Assembly: GCA_964016885.1 (NCBI GenBank)
Contig: OZ024757.1
Span: 37,138,001-37,202,000 of the forward strand
From: Eledone cirrhosa
Lineage: Eukaryota
Length of the DNA: 64,000 nt
Direction of reading: 5' to 3'
Shown here in pieces: positions 27,923 through 43,360 of the stretch (within the stretch, counting starts at the first letter, position 1; each line of letters starts with the position of its first letter). The translations under genes were made by a program, and so were the position numbers. Below the pieces are notes generated by a model. It was not told the DNA's origin. It made no database searches and saw nothing but the letters and a program-made list of their open reading frames with translations.

Positions 27923-28922
27923 TCGGTTTGAACAGAAAGAGGTGAGAGAATTCTTGCCACATACGGCATACAACTGGTTTAAATGCTAAAGGGCAAAACA
28001 ACTGTGTATCATAGAACCAGGGTTGGTTTCAGACCATTTTCTTTCTTTTTTTTTTGTATAAAAAGGTTTAATTCAGAAATGTTTTTCCCCACCCTTCCCA
28101 CAGAGTTCTGGCCTTGTGCTTGTCTTAGAAAACAAGGACAAATGATTACTATTAAGAAAATGGAAATGGGATGGGAGTGGGGGAGGGGACAGAAAATAAG
28201 AAATAATAAAAAACATGCAAAATAGACTGTTGGTACGGAGAAAATATTTCGTTTGTTAAAACCCATCAGTTGAACACTTGCATTCTTTCGTCTTCAACAA
28301 CAAATTGTATTTACAAAGGCCTTTTCTGTTTTAATTTTTAAGAATATTTTTTTTTTTTGTATGTTATATTTTCTCCATTTTATTTTGTTTTTGTTTGTTT
28401 TTTTATTTTTTTATTTTCTCTTTCAAACAGCAGCAGCAGCGACAACAGCAGCAAAAATAAAATTTAATATTGATATATAAAAAAAAAAAACTCGTGGCTT
28501 GGCTCAGACTGCATTTGTATTTTAATACACATAGATATGTTCACACACATACACACACACACATATATATTATATAATTATATAGATAAATAAGTGTATA
28601 ATATTTAGTGTTTACATATATATAATATATTTGTGTATACATCGATATGTATGTATATATATATATAAGAATATATGTATATTATATATATATATATAAG
28701 TATGTGTGTGTGTGCATATATATATATAATAAAGAATCAAGACACCGACAGCTGAGCTCTTGCCCTTTCAACAGCCAGATCCCGTCTGGAACTAGCTGTT
28801 GAAACAGCAAGAGCTCAGCTGTTGGGGTCCTGATTCTTTATAACATAACCATACTCTACTACCCCAAGAATCAAGTACTCTTTGAGTAATGGTTTAACCA
28901 GTTTCAAACTGAATCCATCCTG

Positions 28923-28985
<63 letters not shown>

Positions 28986-29339
28986 TACATATGCCACAAT
29001 ACGAATAAACACTTTGTCGACACTCTGTGACAGACTATGCTCACACACATTCAAACCATATCTCATTGAGTGAGCAAACAGGTTTATGGTGAATACTCAC
29101 TATAAACTTGTCTCCCTCTCTCTATCTCTCACTCACTCTTTATATATATATCATTTCATCATCATTTCATTTTACGTCCACTTTTCCCAGCCTGCAAGGG
29201 TGGGACGAGAACTGATTCTGGCTTGATTTCTACAGCTGGATGCCCTTCCTAATACCAACCTCATTTACAGTGAGTGCTGGGTGCTTTTTTGCTGTGGCAC
29301 CTCCACGACCACTTTGCAGTGGAATGATAGGGACCCCAG

Positions 29340-29485
29340 TCCCTATCATCTCATTTCTACATCTGAGTAAACTGGAGCAATGTGAAATAAAGTGCCTTGC
29401 TCAAGGAAACAACACATCACCTGGTCTGAGAATTGAACTCACAACCTTTCGATTGCAAGGCCAATGCTCTAAGCCATGTGCCTCC
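29340..29485 (-). mobile_element. CORE-type SINE, 5' part
   Basis: Reverse strand has a tRNA-like head (gcacatggcttag...gagttcaattct) followed by ccttgagcaaggcactttatttcacattgctccag. Confidence 0.65.
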
Positions 29486-31193
29486 ATATATATATATATA
29501 TATATATAGATAGTTATATATATATATATATATATATAAAAAGTTGGAAATGTATGAACAAAACACAGGAGGCAATTGTACACAGTTATATTAGGTTCAT
29601 GCTTGGTGGAAGTGGAGGATATATATATATATATATACATACACATGCATTAACATGGTGGAGATTTGACCACAGGGTCAGGTGGTTTCAGCTTAAACTT
29701 GACAAGCTCCTTCAGGGATACTTTGTTTTTCCAAGTCTTATAATATACCTACCTTTCTTGCAATCCCACTACACATTGAGTGCTACTTTGATTTGTGATG
29801 TTCACACCACAGACACTTAATACATATATATATATGTAAAATCATTTGACAACTAAAGAGACACTTCAAATTAATTTATTAATGTCTACACACGTTTCGA
29901 ATTCAATATTATCAGTTAATACTAAAGCATTATCATGGCATTAACTCAGGATTTGGATGATGTGAGTCATATATATATATATATATATATAGAAGAATTT
30001 TGGTAAAGTTTATATACATTTTTTCTTCAAACTTGCATTTTAGATTTAGCTCCGTTTAATTGATTATTTGTCGAGTTAATTTCTACGGGCTAAGAGGAAA
30101 GACTAGGTAAATTTTATCTGGCTGGTCCTCACAAGGGATAATCTGTGACATCTGTTATTTCTTTGAAGTTACATTTTAAACTTAGCTCCATTTAAATGAT
30201 TATTAATCTAGTTAATTTCTATGGACTAAGAAGAAAAATTGGATATATTTTGTCTGACTGTTCTTCAAACTTAAGCAGGGAAAAGCGGACGTATGATGAT
30301 GATGATGATATATATGTGTATGTGTATGTATATTATATGCTGGACTCTCCTGTCGTATATTAACGTATGAGGTTTCAAAACTCTTCTCAGTTCAATTTTT
30401 TAGGGTTATTCATTAAATGGCACTTTAGACCAGCTGTTGATTTACACTCATAGTCCGCAGTGCTGAGATCGGGGAGGTCAGTAATCATGGAAGTACTCAA
30501 TACATGGGGCGAGGCAGAGTGGCTATAGAGACAGATAAAATCCCGGCTGCGGCGTCAAATAGTTTTGGCTTGTGTCTTTAGGAAGCCTTTTCATATGACC
30601 AGTCATTAACCTTCTGGGCACTCTAGTCACATTATGTCATCATAGAGTAATCTCCCCTTTAATACATAAAAAACATTCAGCATGTTAAAGATTAAATATA
30701 CTATTTATGATATAGATTCTGCCTTAAAACTTTTTGAAGGTACCTGCCTCATAATTTGACACACAGCTTCTCCTTGATCTGTTAAACATATCCATTCATC
30801 AGATATTTTATTTATTTTGATGCAGTATTTGCTGCTGGGTCTGTTGAGAAGGTTTTCCTGCGGAGTAGTCTCTGAAGGATCTGTTGTTTGTGGCTCTTCC
30901 ACAAGACCCTGCTAGTTACTGATGATGGGGTGACTTCAATATATCAGTTTGTATGTAGTTACCTCAGTCTGCTGGTGACTCTCTCCCCCTGTTGCCATTG
31001 GAAATTAGTCGGTAGATTAGTGGTGGTGGGTTGGAAGACAATCTGCTGGGACTAGGTGGGATCTCGACGTTGGTTCGCTTGAAATCCATACCTTAGTCAT
31101 GTCTGTCATATATATATATAATATCTGGAGAGGGACGGACTCTGCCACGCTTAAAAATGCCCAAGAAACGCTGTATGTCAATACAGCGTTATG

Positions 31194-31275
31194 TACAGGA
31201 TTATTAAAAAAGAATGAACCGATTTCACTGCAATGCGTCATGAAATCGGTTCATTCTTTTTGAATAGCCCTGTAT
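31194..31275. mobile_element. Minimal Tc1/mariner-like MITE (almost only TIRs)
   Basis: TA-CAGG..aaaaagaatgaaccgatttca-[12 nt]-tgaaatcggttcattcttttt..CCTG-TA. Confidence 0.6.
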
Positions 31276-34200
31276 ATATATATATATATAGAAGTTGTAT
31301 ATAAAAAAATATGCAATATGTTTATGTACATAAATATGTTTTCATATACACCCCTTATGCACAACGCGATCTTAGTGCTCCTGCCAATATATATACATAT
31401 ATATGTATATATATAAATTCACATACACTCATATATATAAATTATATATATATGTATACACACGCACACACATACATACTCCCCCACCACACACACACTA
31501 CATAGGAGGATGTTTGCGTATTCGTTTATTTTTATATATATATTTTTATTTAATAAGACATTGATAATAATAATGACAATAATAATAATAAAATAAACAA
31601 TAAAATAAATAATAATAATAATAATATCCTGCTATGTTGGCATGAGTATGAAAATGGAATACCTTAAATTGCTTTCTGTAATTTGTGTATTTTTGCACTT
31701 ATAAAGTTACAACATTGCGGTTTTCAGCTTTGCATTTGCTAGAAGAAACTTTACAATGACATCATTGCCTGCATGTACACCTGCTTCTTCACTAAAAAAA
31801 AAAAAAAAAAAAAAAAAAGACAAAACAATAAACTGAACAAATAAATTAATTTTTAAAAATAATATATATCAACAGTATATGATATAAGATTAAAAAAAAA
31901 ATGCAAGTGAAAAAAAAAATGGAAGGGGTTAAAATTGAAAAAAAAAAAAAAGCCATTAATATTTGAATATAATTTGATTTTTTTTTATTTTTATTTTTAT
32001 TTTTTTTTCATTTTTAAATTTAAGCGATGAATTTGCTGAGTTATATGATCGTTGAATTAACTCTTAACATCCTGTACCCAAGAATCCACATTAGTAAGAG
32101 ATTTTTGAAAAGTACCGAACAGCACTATGACCGTATCATATTAAAATTTGATATCTTGGCCTAACTTGAATTATAAATTTCCCCACAAAAATATATCCAC
32201 TGCTAAAGATACTATAAATATTTGAATTAACAAACTATCTGAAACTATATTAGCAAGATATTCTTGAAAATTGAAAAACTGCGTGAGTATAACTGCATCA
32301 CTTTAAAAATGAAGAAGTGTATTCAAATATTGTAAATTTTTGCCTCAATCTGTCAACTAGAAAAGGTACTATAACCATTTGAATTAACCAACCCAGTTTT
32401 AAAGATATTTTCTGCTAAATCATTACAGGATGTTAAGAGTTAAATACCTTCATATTTCTTCTGGTTCTCAGCACTCAAAGTTTAAATCCTGCTGAGATCA
32501 ACTTTGCCTTTAACCCTTTAACATTTACATTACTCCATATTTACTGTTGTATTTTCATGGTAAAGGCTTTATCTCACATAATATTGAATCTATGAGATTT
32601 TGATATTTATTTTGAAAACAATACTTTAACATCAGTATGAACAGCCGGTTTAAACAGAAAGAGGTAAGAGAATTCTGGCTGGATATGGCCGGTTTAAATG
32701 TTAAAGGGTTAATCTTTTCGGGTTGAGGGAGGGTGTTGATCTGTACTAGTCCAGGAGTAGTGGATTTGCAGAATTGTTAAGGACTTGGATGGGATTCAGA
32801 CCCTTGCATTCTGATTTCAAATCTCCTCTCCTTCTGCCAGATGTTATGACTAGTAGATAGTATCAGCAATGGGGTATCAATGGAAACATTGTATCCTCGG
32901 TCCAATCTAACGATCAGCTTCTTTCCTCCCCATTTTTTTTTTATCTTAAAAAATTCAAATTCAAACTCTACCTCTTCCCTCCAAGAATTTGCCAGATCCT
33001 GAATTACATATTTTATAATATTTGTTGGGGGAGGGAATGCTTCAAGACTGATATCAACTATTTTATTACTCTTATAAACACAAACACTGAAAGTATTGTA
33101 TTTTCTGACCCCCACCCCATTTTGCCCCCCACCCCCTCCAAGGTAATTCATTTTCTGAAAAAAAGAAAGCAAAAACAAAGATCTCTAGTTTAATTATAGC
33201 AAAAAACTTCTGAAACTGTATAAAACTCATTGTTTCTACTTTTGGCACAAGGCCAGCAATTAAACTAGTGTATTACTGGTACTTTATTTTATCGATCCTG
33301 GAAGGATGATGAAAGGCAAAGTTAACCTCAATGGGATTTGAACTCAGATCATAAAGGGGCGTAACTCAATGCTGCAAAGCATGGCATCCGACCCTCTACT
33401 GATACTGCCAATCCACCATAATAATAATAATAATAATAATAAAATAATGTTGATGATAATTATGATAATATATACAACATACAGAAAATATAACATTTAG
33501 TACTGCAGACATATTACATAGAGTATTTTCAATAGAATAGAAACAACACCTGTAGAACATAACACTGCACATGTCCAAGACACGTTGAGCTGTGCTCGAT
33601 AACATAGTCAGAACATAGTAAAAATAAGGCTACGAATAGAAATAATGTAGAAGCTAGGAGACATATTGTACAAGAGGTAGCACTGTTTTGATTTTAGTTT
33701 ATAGACATTATACAACCTCCTTAGTGTTGGTGCCATGGAAATGTACCAAGTACACTCTGTAAAGTGGTTGGTGGTAGGAAGGCCATTCCATCCATCCAAC
33801 CATAGAAAAAATCTGAAAGAAAAGCGAGAGGATTCTTTAAGTTATATCAATGATATGACATGACAACCTCAGTGTTGGTGCTATAATGAAACACCCAGTC
33901 CACTCTGTAAAGTACAGAATTGTATGTAAGCAAGATGCAGCCCCATCCCATCCTTTCCCACCCACCACTACGTCTTGTCTGAAAGGTCAGTGGCATTAGG
34001 TACCAACTTGGTTTGTGATGACCTGTCCAACCCTCAAATGAAGATAATGGGATATATATATACACACACGCATATACATACACATATATATATAAATATA
34101 AACACTCACACAACACAAGTTTAATATAGAAATGGCTTCTACAGGACTAGAACTTTCATTCGAAAGAAATCGTCTGGAAGGCCCTGAAACAGTTCTAGTC

Positions 34201-34297
34201 CTGTAGAAGCCATTTCTATATTAAACTTGTTGTTTACACTCTACTAATGTATTGAGTACCTTACTGGGCTTACCCCTGATTCAACCAGGAACTCATA

Positions 34298-34333
<36 letters not shown>

Positions 34334-36013
34334 CTCACACACATTCATGTCTAGTTAAATGAGAATATCAAGAATTCTGCTATCATGGAAAAGCAAATGG
34401 AATTTAATTTGTCATAACTGGTTTATGTCATTAATCCTTTCATTACCATATTTCTAATAAAAGATATTGCCTATGGTTATCAGATGTGTTGAAAATAACC
34501 AAGAATTTGGTGGGATTTAATAATATAATCGACTTTCGCGTTATTAGACTGATGTTTGGAACCTAACTTAACCATTTCATTTACCATATTTCTTATGAAA
34601 GACTGCCTATCATTTCTGGAAGGATTTAGTATAATAACTTACTCCATTAAGTCAGTGTTTGGAGAGTAACTTAACAAAGGTTATTAGTGAAAAATTATGG
34701 AAGGTATTTTTAGATAAATATATTTGTTTAAACACACAATTTCACATCAAGAATCTTGCAAAATAAATAGAAGAACGTAATATATATAAAATATCATACA
34801 TTGATATTTTTCTGCATCGGCTGCCATCTTACCACCACTATCATAACCACCACCATTACCATAACCACCACAACTATCACTACCGTCACCACCACCACCA
34901 CCGCTGTCATTCCATGTCTCTTATGTCCAAAGCTACTTGTCAGTGTGGCCGATATTGTTTTGTTCCTATCTTTGTATGCTTGTGGGAACTTGCCTTTTGC
35001 TAATACGCCCCCCCCCCCCGAACCCTAAGACACCTTTTTACATACAAAGCCCATTTTTTTTCCTATCACACCCCTTTTTTTTAAATATTTGATATTGTAT
35101 AATTTTCACACCCACACAAAGAAAAATCATGACTTTTTTTTTTTAATTAAAAAAAAACAAAATCCAAGCAAGAAAAGAGTTATATAAATATTCTTACAGA
35201 TGACTATAATAATAACAATTATTTCTTCTTTTGGCACAAGGCCAGCAATTTCCCAGTGTATTACTGGTACATTATTTTATCGACCCCCATAAGGATGAAA
35301 GGGAAAGGTAACCTTGGTGGGATTTGAACTCAGAATGGTAAGGGCCGTAACTCTATGCGTCAAAGCATGGCATCCGACCCTCTGCCGATACTGCCATTCC
35401 ACTGCCCTTTTTAATAATAATGATGAATTCTACTTTAGGCACAAGGCCAGCAATTTGAAGAGGAGGGCGGGTGAAGTCGATTAAATTGACCCCCAGTACG
35501 TTACTGGTGCTTTATTTTATCAACCCCATAAGGATGAAAGGCAAAGCTAACATTGTCGGCTTTTGAACTCAGAACGTAAAGGACCGTAACTCTATGCCAC
35601 AAAGCATACTGCCATTCAACCCCCACTCAATAATAATAGTATAGGCCAAACTAAAAGAAACATAGGTTTGTGTGTGTGTATGATGTCGGTATCGAAAATG
35701 CTGAATCTCCCTGAGAATTATGTTATGGGTAGAGGTGTCTGTGTCCAGGTAATTTCTCAAGCAAGCTGTTACTTTGATCAAATCAACTAGGTCTCTCATT
35801 GTCGGAAATTGAACATACAGACACACACATGCACTATTTCCCACTGAATCTCCCTGAGAAATGGAATGCTCAGCCACTTGCCAGCTAAATTCATGTCCAA
35901 CGCATATGCTGGTTTATTTGTGTTATAGTTTTATATTTTCTAAATATTGCATACAGAGAGATTGAGGTTATTCAAAACTATTTTATTAAATCATATATTA
36001 TGGTTATATTGTT

Positions 36014-36225
36014 GTGATGATGATAATGATGGTAGTGGTGGTGGTGGTGGCAGTAGTAGAGGTGATGATAATGATGGTAGTGGTGGTGGTGGTGGCAGTA
36101 GTAGAGGTGATGATAATGATGGTAGTGGTGGTGGTGGTGGCAGTAGTAGAGGTGATGATAATGATGGTAGTGGTGGTGGTGGTGGTGGTGGTAAAGGTAA
36201 TGATGGTAGTAGCGGAAATGATGAT
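36014..36225. repeat. 45-bp compound GGT/GAT repeat, about 4 copies
   Basis: ggtgatgataatgatggtagtggtggtggtggtggcagtagtaga. Confidence 0.9.
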
Positions 36226-39200
36226 GGCATCGAATCTATGAGATTTTGATATTATTTAATTTGAGAACAATACCTTAACATCAGTATGAGCAGCTGGTTT
36301 AAATGCTAAAGGGTAAATTACTGATTTTAAAGACAACAGGCAGCAGTACATTGAAATCTAATTGATTCTGTTATTTGGAAATTACTACCATCAACTAATA
36401 ACCTCCACCCAACCCAATCACCACCCTTTCCTACCACCAGAAAAGATATAAATACCACCATATTACTTGGACAGTCGGCTTCCTGATGATTTCTCCTGAA
36501 TGTAACAGTTCTAGTCCTGTATGAGCCATTTTTATATTAAATATTTATACTCTGCTATGTATTGAGTACCTTACTGTGGTTAGCTCCGATTGAACTCAGG
36601 TTAAACATATATATAGGATAACAAGTTTTATCGTTTTAAGTAATCCAGTTAGAGGTTGTGAGTACTCTGTACTATGGATAGTTTTAACATACGGCGTTGT
36701 TTAACTCAACAAGAGGTTTCCTTAGTTAAGTAGCGAGTTTGTGAGAATTCCTATGCTGGTCATTCTTGGAGTAATAGTGAAAGAGTGCAGAATAACATAG
36801 TCAGCTAGACAAAAAGAGTTTTATTTACAGTATTATACTGTAAATAAAACCCTTTTTGTGCAGCCGACCATATTATTCTTATATATATATATATATGAGT
36901 GAAAGAGTAAAGAATAACATGGTCGGCTGTACAAAAAGTTTTTTTTTGTGCAGCCGACCATGTTATATTTCACTCTTTCACTCAAATATATATATATATT
37001 TAATTAGAAAGTGAACAATATAAAATATATTTTGTGTTGATCACTTTCTAAATAAATAGCTCTGTTCTATATATAGAGTACTCTTTTTTCCTTTGGAATT
37101 ACCTAAAACATAAATATATATAAATATAGTGTTTCTGAAGAAGACAGTCGATCAAACATGAATGTCCAGACTAGAAATATGTAGTAACCTAACCACTATC
37201 AAGCTAGTCAATACATCGATCTTTCACGATCAACCAATGGTCGTAAAACAACTAATTATCTATCAACGTCTGACTTATGCCTTGTTTCCATTGATATACA
37301 CACACACACACACACACACTTACACACAAACACACACATATATATATATATCTATATATGAAAAGTTAATGGAAAAACAACAAACGATGAAGATATATAT
37401 TAGTTTCACGCTTAATATAGTAAGAAAAGACTTAACGTTTTGGACGCTAATCCTTCATCAGAAAATAGAATATATTTATGTATATCATCATCATCATCAT
37501 CATTTAACATCCATCTTCCATGCTAGCATGGGTTAGACGGTTTTGTTCCATATGATGTGGGAATGGTCTGGAGACCATGTCTCGCTCACATGGAAGCGTT
37601 TCTGGCAGGTTTTTTTTACAGCTGGATGCCCTTCCTAACACCAACCACATGTACAGTGTGGACTGGGAGCCTTTTCACCGTGTCTCACCTTACAGTGTAT
37701 ATATGACTTTATATATGTAGACAGTACATGTAAAATGGTTGGTCTTATGAAGGGCATCCAGCCATAGAAGCCATGCCAAAATGATACGTATGAGCAATAC
37801 ATGATACTCTGACATATCTTCTCACAGAATGTGACAACCTGTCCAACCCATACCACTGTGGAAAATGGACAAGAAACAGTGGTGGTGATGAGAGAGAGAT
37901 ACATAGGTCACTTGGTAAGGAAAGAAAAATATAGCTTTATACCCCACCTCACTTATCCACAAATTTCCTTACATTGTTTTCCCCTACCACCTGATTAACA
38001 TGAGAATTTGGTGGGAAGATATTTTTTTTGCTGTTTATGGTATTTGTTTGATAGAAGATACAAATATGTGTGTGTATATATATATATATATATATACATG
38101 CATATATATATATATATATATATGTATGCATATATATATATGCATATATATATATGTATGCATACCCATGCAAGCGTGGAAGATGGACGTTAAACGATGA
38201 TGATGATGATGATGATATATATATTGCACAAAATTGCAGAGGAAGGAATGGAGTTTGTTCAACTTAAGCAACTGTGCATTTTCCTACTGATACTAAACTC
38301 ACACACATATATAAAGTAGTTGAAATAATGATATTACAGTGTATGTTATTGTAGCTTCATGGTCCTGAGAAAGTGTTACCCCATCGTGATCACAGTGGGA
38401 CCTAGAATGCTGGATTGGGTTCAGAAAGCCAGACCCATCCGTGGGGCTTGTTCTTGTAGTCAAGTCATCTTCATCATAACTATAAAGGAGGTTTGTTGGG
38501 GCTCAGAATGCCAGAACTTTCACCTGTTATGGGTTCAACAAAGCCTGTTCTTGTAGGATTCGTTCATTCGGATGGCCATCTTTATCTCAATTGCAGGGAG
38601 AGGCAGTTCGGTGTCTCAGAATGTCATATATTCAGATGTTTCAACCACCATGAGTTCAACTACTACTATTACTGCTACTACTACTACTACTACTACTACT
38701 ATGGCAGTGTGTTGGCAGAATCGGTAGAGCATCAGACAACAAACGCCATTGCCCTATTTAGTTAAGGTCCTTCACATTCCAAGATCAAATCTTACTGGGG
38801 TTCAGCTTTACCATTTCATCCATCAGAGGGATTGATTAAATAAAGTACCAGTCATTTACTGGGGTCAATATGATCAACTTTGCTCTGCATCCAACCTTGC
38901 TGCCCTTGTGCTTAAATTAGGAACCATATATCATCATCATCATCATCATTATTATTATTATTATTATTATTATAGATTTGCCTTTCATCCTTATGGGGTC
39001 GATAAAATAAAATACCAGTAATGCACTGGGGTCAATTTAATCGACTTTCTCCTCCCCCAAAATTGTTGGCCTTGTGCCTAAATCAGAAACTGTAATTATT
39101 AGTGTGGTGGATTGGCAGAATCAGTAGAGTGTTGGACAACATGCTTTGTGGCATAGAGTTACATCCCTTTATGTTCCGAATTCAAATCCTGCCGAGGTTA

Positions 39201-39354
39201 ACTTTGCCTTTCATCCTTATGGGGGTCGATAAAATAAAATACCAGTAATATACTGGAGTCTATTTAATCGACTCCCCCCCCCCCCCCCCCCAAAAAAAAA
39301 AAAAATTACTGGCTAGAAATCATTGTTAATTTCATAAATCTCACCAAATGTAGG

Positions 39355-39396
<42 letters not shown>

Positions 39397-40059
39397 CCAG
39401 AAACAGTCCTATAAGGGGGAAACATGGTCAGCTGACTGAACTTGCCTCTAATGGGAAAATAGACGTTAAACAATGATGATATATATATGTATATATATAT
39501 ATAGATGTAGAAAGATATATATTTAATGTAGAAAGGCTTCTACAGGTCTAGAACTGTTTCATTCCGGAGAACAGTTCTAGTCCTGTATAAGCCTTTCTAC
39601 ATTAAATATTTATACTCTGCTTTGTATTGAGTACCTTACTTACTGTGGTTACCCCCGATTGAACCCAGGATAAACTTATCTTATATATATATATATATAT
39701 AATAAATTTCAATCTATTTTTCAAGTAAAAATATGTGCATAAGACCAAACTAAATAAATTTTTAAGGTAAAGTAAAAAAAAAAAAAAACTAAACAAAGAA
39801 CAACAACAACAACTTAAAAAGCAAATGCAAAACGAAGTTAAAAAAAAGCAACAACACTACAAAAACAATTGTGAGATGCTGGGAAAAATAAATACTGAAA
39901 TAAAAGTCAAATTAATTAAACAAAAACAAAATAAAAACATCTTGAATATGAATTTCAAAATGAATTCTTTCAGCTGTCAACTTATGAATTAATTTGTATC
40001 ATCTTTATTTTTTTTATACCTTAAGTCAGATGATATACAGGATATATATGTATATGTTA

Positions 40060-40109
<50 letters not shown>

Positions 40110-40296
40110 CGTATGTGTTTATATATGTGTATGTATGTATGTGTATGTATGTATATATATATTATATATATACATACATACATACACACACCCATATATA
40201 TACTATGGATTATATGCATCTTATATATATATGTATGTACAATATATATATGTATATATAATATATATATTATATGTATATATAATATATATATAT

Positions 40297-40330
<34 letters not shown>

Positions 40331-41695
40331 TGTATATATATGTATATATACATATATGTTTATATATATATATATATATAGAGATGTATATTATGTATAT
40401 ATATCCGTACACACAAAAATATATATATTATCATATATATATATTAACAACTACTTGCCTGCCTACCCATTCTCCTTTCTCCTTTTCCAAACACACCCCA
40501 TTCCAACCCCACCATTCTACCCCCATTTCACCCGATTTCACCCCCTCCCTTCCCCCTCTCCAAGAAATATTGCTACTGTTAATAACGCAACTATCCATCC
40601 TCTCTGCAAAGCTCTCTTGCATATATAAGTTATTGCTGTTCTAGGTGTATAATCTGTATGATAATATTGCTGTAATATCGGTTTCTCTTTTTATTTTTTT
40701 TCTCTTCCCCTGCCCCCCAACTTTTGCAGTAAAACTATAATTAATCATCATTATATTTGTACTATACTTCTTAATGATTATTATTTAAAGACTTATTAAC
40801 TCGGAGAGAGAGAAAAAGAAAGAGAAAGAAAGAAAGTGAGAGCAAAAAATAAAGAAAAAAAAAGAAAAAAGAAAAAAGTGATATATGATGATTATAATAA
40901 ATTATAATAAAAATATTGACAATTTGAAAAAAAACAACTAATAATAACAACATAAAATAAAACAAATATCACTAGCTTCATATATATATAAAAAAATATA
41001 AATAAATGAAATAAAATTGAAAAAAATCAACAACAATATATTTTCTTTGTTTTCCTTTCATTTTGTTATTTTATCAAATTTCTTGTTTTATTTACCATGG
41101 GATCCTTTATAGGGGCTTCTTGAAGGCTCCCTCAAATTATACCTTGTCTTAAAAAGAGACCCATTGTGTAGTCCTAGATGGTACTGGATATTCTGAAAAT
41201 AGCTATGGCTCCCTCAAATTATACCTTGTCTGGCATCATGCAGTAATACAGAAGACCCTTCTTCCCACGGGTACAAGCCGCAGCTGAAGCATATAGATCC
41301 ACACCCTCTCCCATTGCAAAGTACTCGTGGAGGTGCCACGGCAAACAAGCACCCAGCCCACATTGTAAAGTGGTCGTGTAGGCGCCATGGAAAAAAAGCA
41401 CCCAGCACTCACTGTAAATGAGGTTGGTGCTAGGAAGGGCATCCAGCTGTAGAAATCGAGCCAAAATCAGTTCCCATATGAGCAAGACAAGGTCAGCCAA
41501 CCGGACACTGCCCACAATAGGACAACCCGTCTAACCCATGCTAGCATGGAAGAATGGACGAAAAACAGTGATGCTGATGATATATATATGTAATCTGGGT
41601 TTTTTAAATATTAATAATAATATTCGATTCGTTCGCAATTATGCAAACAGTCTCTTTTAAGCCATGTCAGTCGAATGAGCTGCTCATTCTTTTTG

Positions 41696-41754
<59 letters not shown>

Positions 41755-41846
41755 TATGAAAAGTGTAATTTTCTACACAAAACGAAGGTTATAGAGAAAA
41801 TTGAGGTTGGTAATGGCACATGGATGTGTGTGTGTATGTATGTGTG

Positions 41847-41903
<57 letters not shown>

Positions 41904-43125
41904 GTGTGGTATATGTATATGTATGTATGTGTGGATGAAGGTATGTGTGTATATATAGGTGTAAGTGCACTAAATCCCTTTCTATCACGCTCCACTCTCC
42001 TACCCACCACAGGAAGATATATGTATGTATATTGCTTCCACCCCCTCACTGACCAGCAGCTGGCCAACTGACCATTGCTAAATCTGACCTTTATAAAATA
42101 ACCCACACCCCAAATAACTTCTCATTCACTACCAGAAAGGGACACAGCAGTCAACTTGTTGTTGCTACCTAGATGAAAACTACTATGAAATCCCACAATG
42201 AATTTTATACTTGAATTTTCAAATCTCAAATTTTAACTCTTCGTATTATTAATTTTTCTTAATATTAATCAACATTTGAAAAGATGGCTTTTGCAGACCC
42301 ATCGAAACTGGTCATTTTTTATACCCTTTATTATTTCCTTACCTTATAAAATTATATGTTTTTTCACAAAAAAGTATTCTGTCTCTTATATATTCCATGT
42401 GCCATTACCAACCTCAATTTTCTCTCTCTCTCTCTATATATATATATCAACATATGTAGGCGATTATAATAGACACAAAAAAAAAAACACACAGTCCACG
42501 CTGTAATGTGGTCTTGTAGGTAACACGGTAAAAACCTCCCAGTCCACACTGTAAACGTGGTTGGTGTTAGGAAGGGCATCCAACCGTAGAAAACCCGCCA
42601 GACAGTCCTATACAAGCAAGTCAACCAATCTTGCCTCAAGTGGGAAAATTCCCGTCCAAATCCATGCAAGCATAGAAGATGGACGTTAAATGATGATGAT
42701 GACAGAAACATATGTTAAAGCAAATAAATTCCTGATCTCATTTCTTTCCAAAGTTTATATTTTTCTTGCTTATATATATATATATATATATCATCATCAT
42801 CATCATCATCATCACCGTTTTACGTCCGTTCTTCCACGCTAGCATGGGTTAGACGGGTTGTCCTGTTGTGGGCAGTGTCTGGTCGGCTGACCATGCCTTG
42901 CTCATACAGGAACTGATCTGGCTTGATTTCTACAGCTGGATGCCCTTCCTAACACCAACCTCATTTACAGTGAGTGCTGGGTGCTTTTTCGTGGCGCCTA
43001 CACGTCCACTTTACAGTGTGGGCTGGGTGCTTTTTTGCCGTGGCACCTCCACGACCACCTTGCGGTGGGGGGGGGGGGGGGATCATATTGTTTATATGCT
43101 TCAGCATGTACCCATGGGAGGTCGG

Positions 43126-43184
<59 letters not shown>

Positions 43185-43306
43185 GTATATATACGTATAT
43201 ATATGTATATATATATATATAATTATATATATATTTATATATATATATATTGACAAAGTTAAACACCTCAACAACATGTGTACCCGTCTCTACCACACCA
43301 ATTCGG

Positions 43307-43360
43307 ACTGCCTGAAGAGGTCACAGCCAAAGATGGCTGTCACCGAAATATATATAACAA
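43307..43360 (+). ncRNA. Degenerate hammerhead ribozyme
   Basis: CTGAAGA-GGTCACAGCCA(AAGA)TGGCTGTCACC-GAA-ATATATAT-A; stem I mismatched; AATAAA follows at about 43362. Confidence 0.6.

Noticed and set aside
31794-31818. Poly(A) run as a retrocopy tail
   Set aside because: No TSD or upstream processed ORF; likely a simple A tract
37135-37200. CTGAAGA...AGAAAT hammerhead-like motif
   Set aside because: Stems I and III could not be formed convincingly
38340-38660. GC-richer coding-like fragment (also 2800-3090)
   Set aside because: No protein motif recognised, and the frames I checked at 38340-38660 contain stops; probably decayed TE, unassignable by eye
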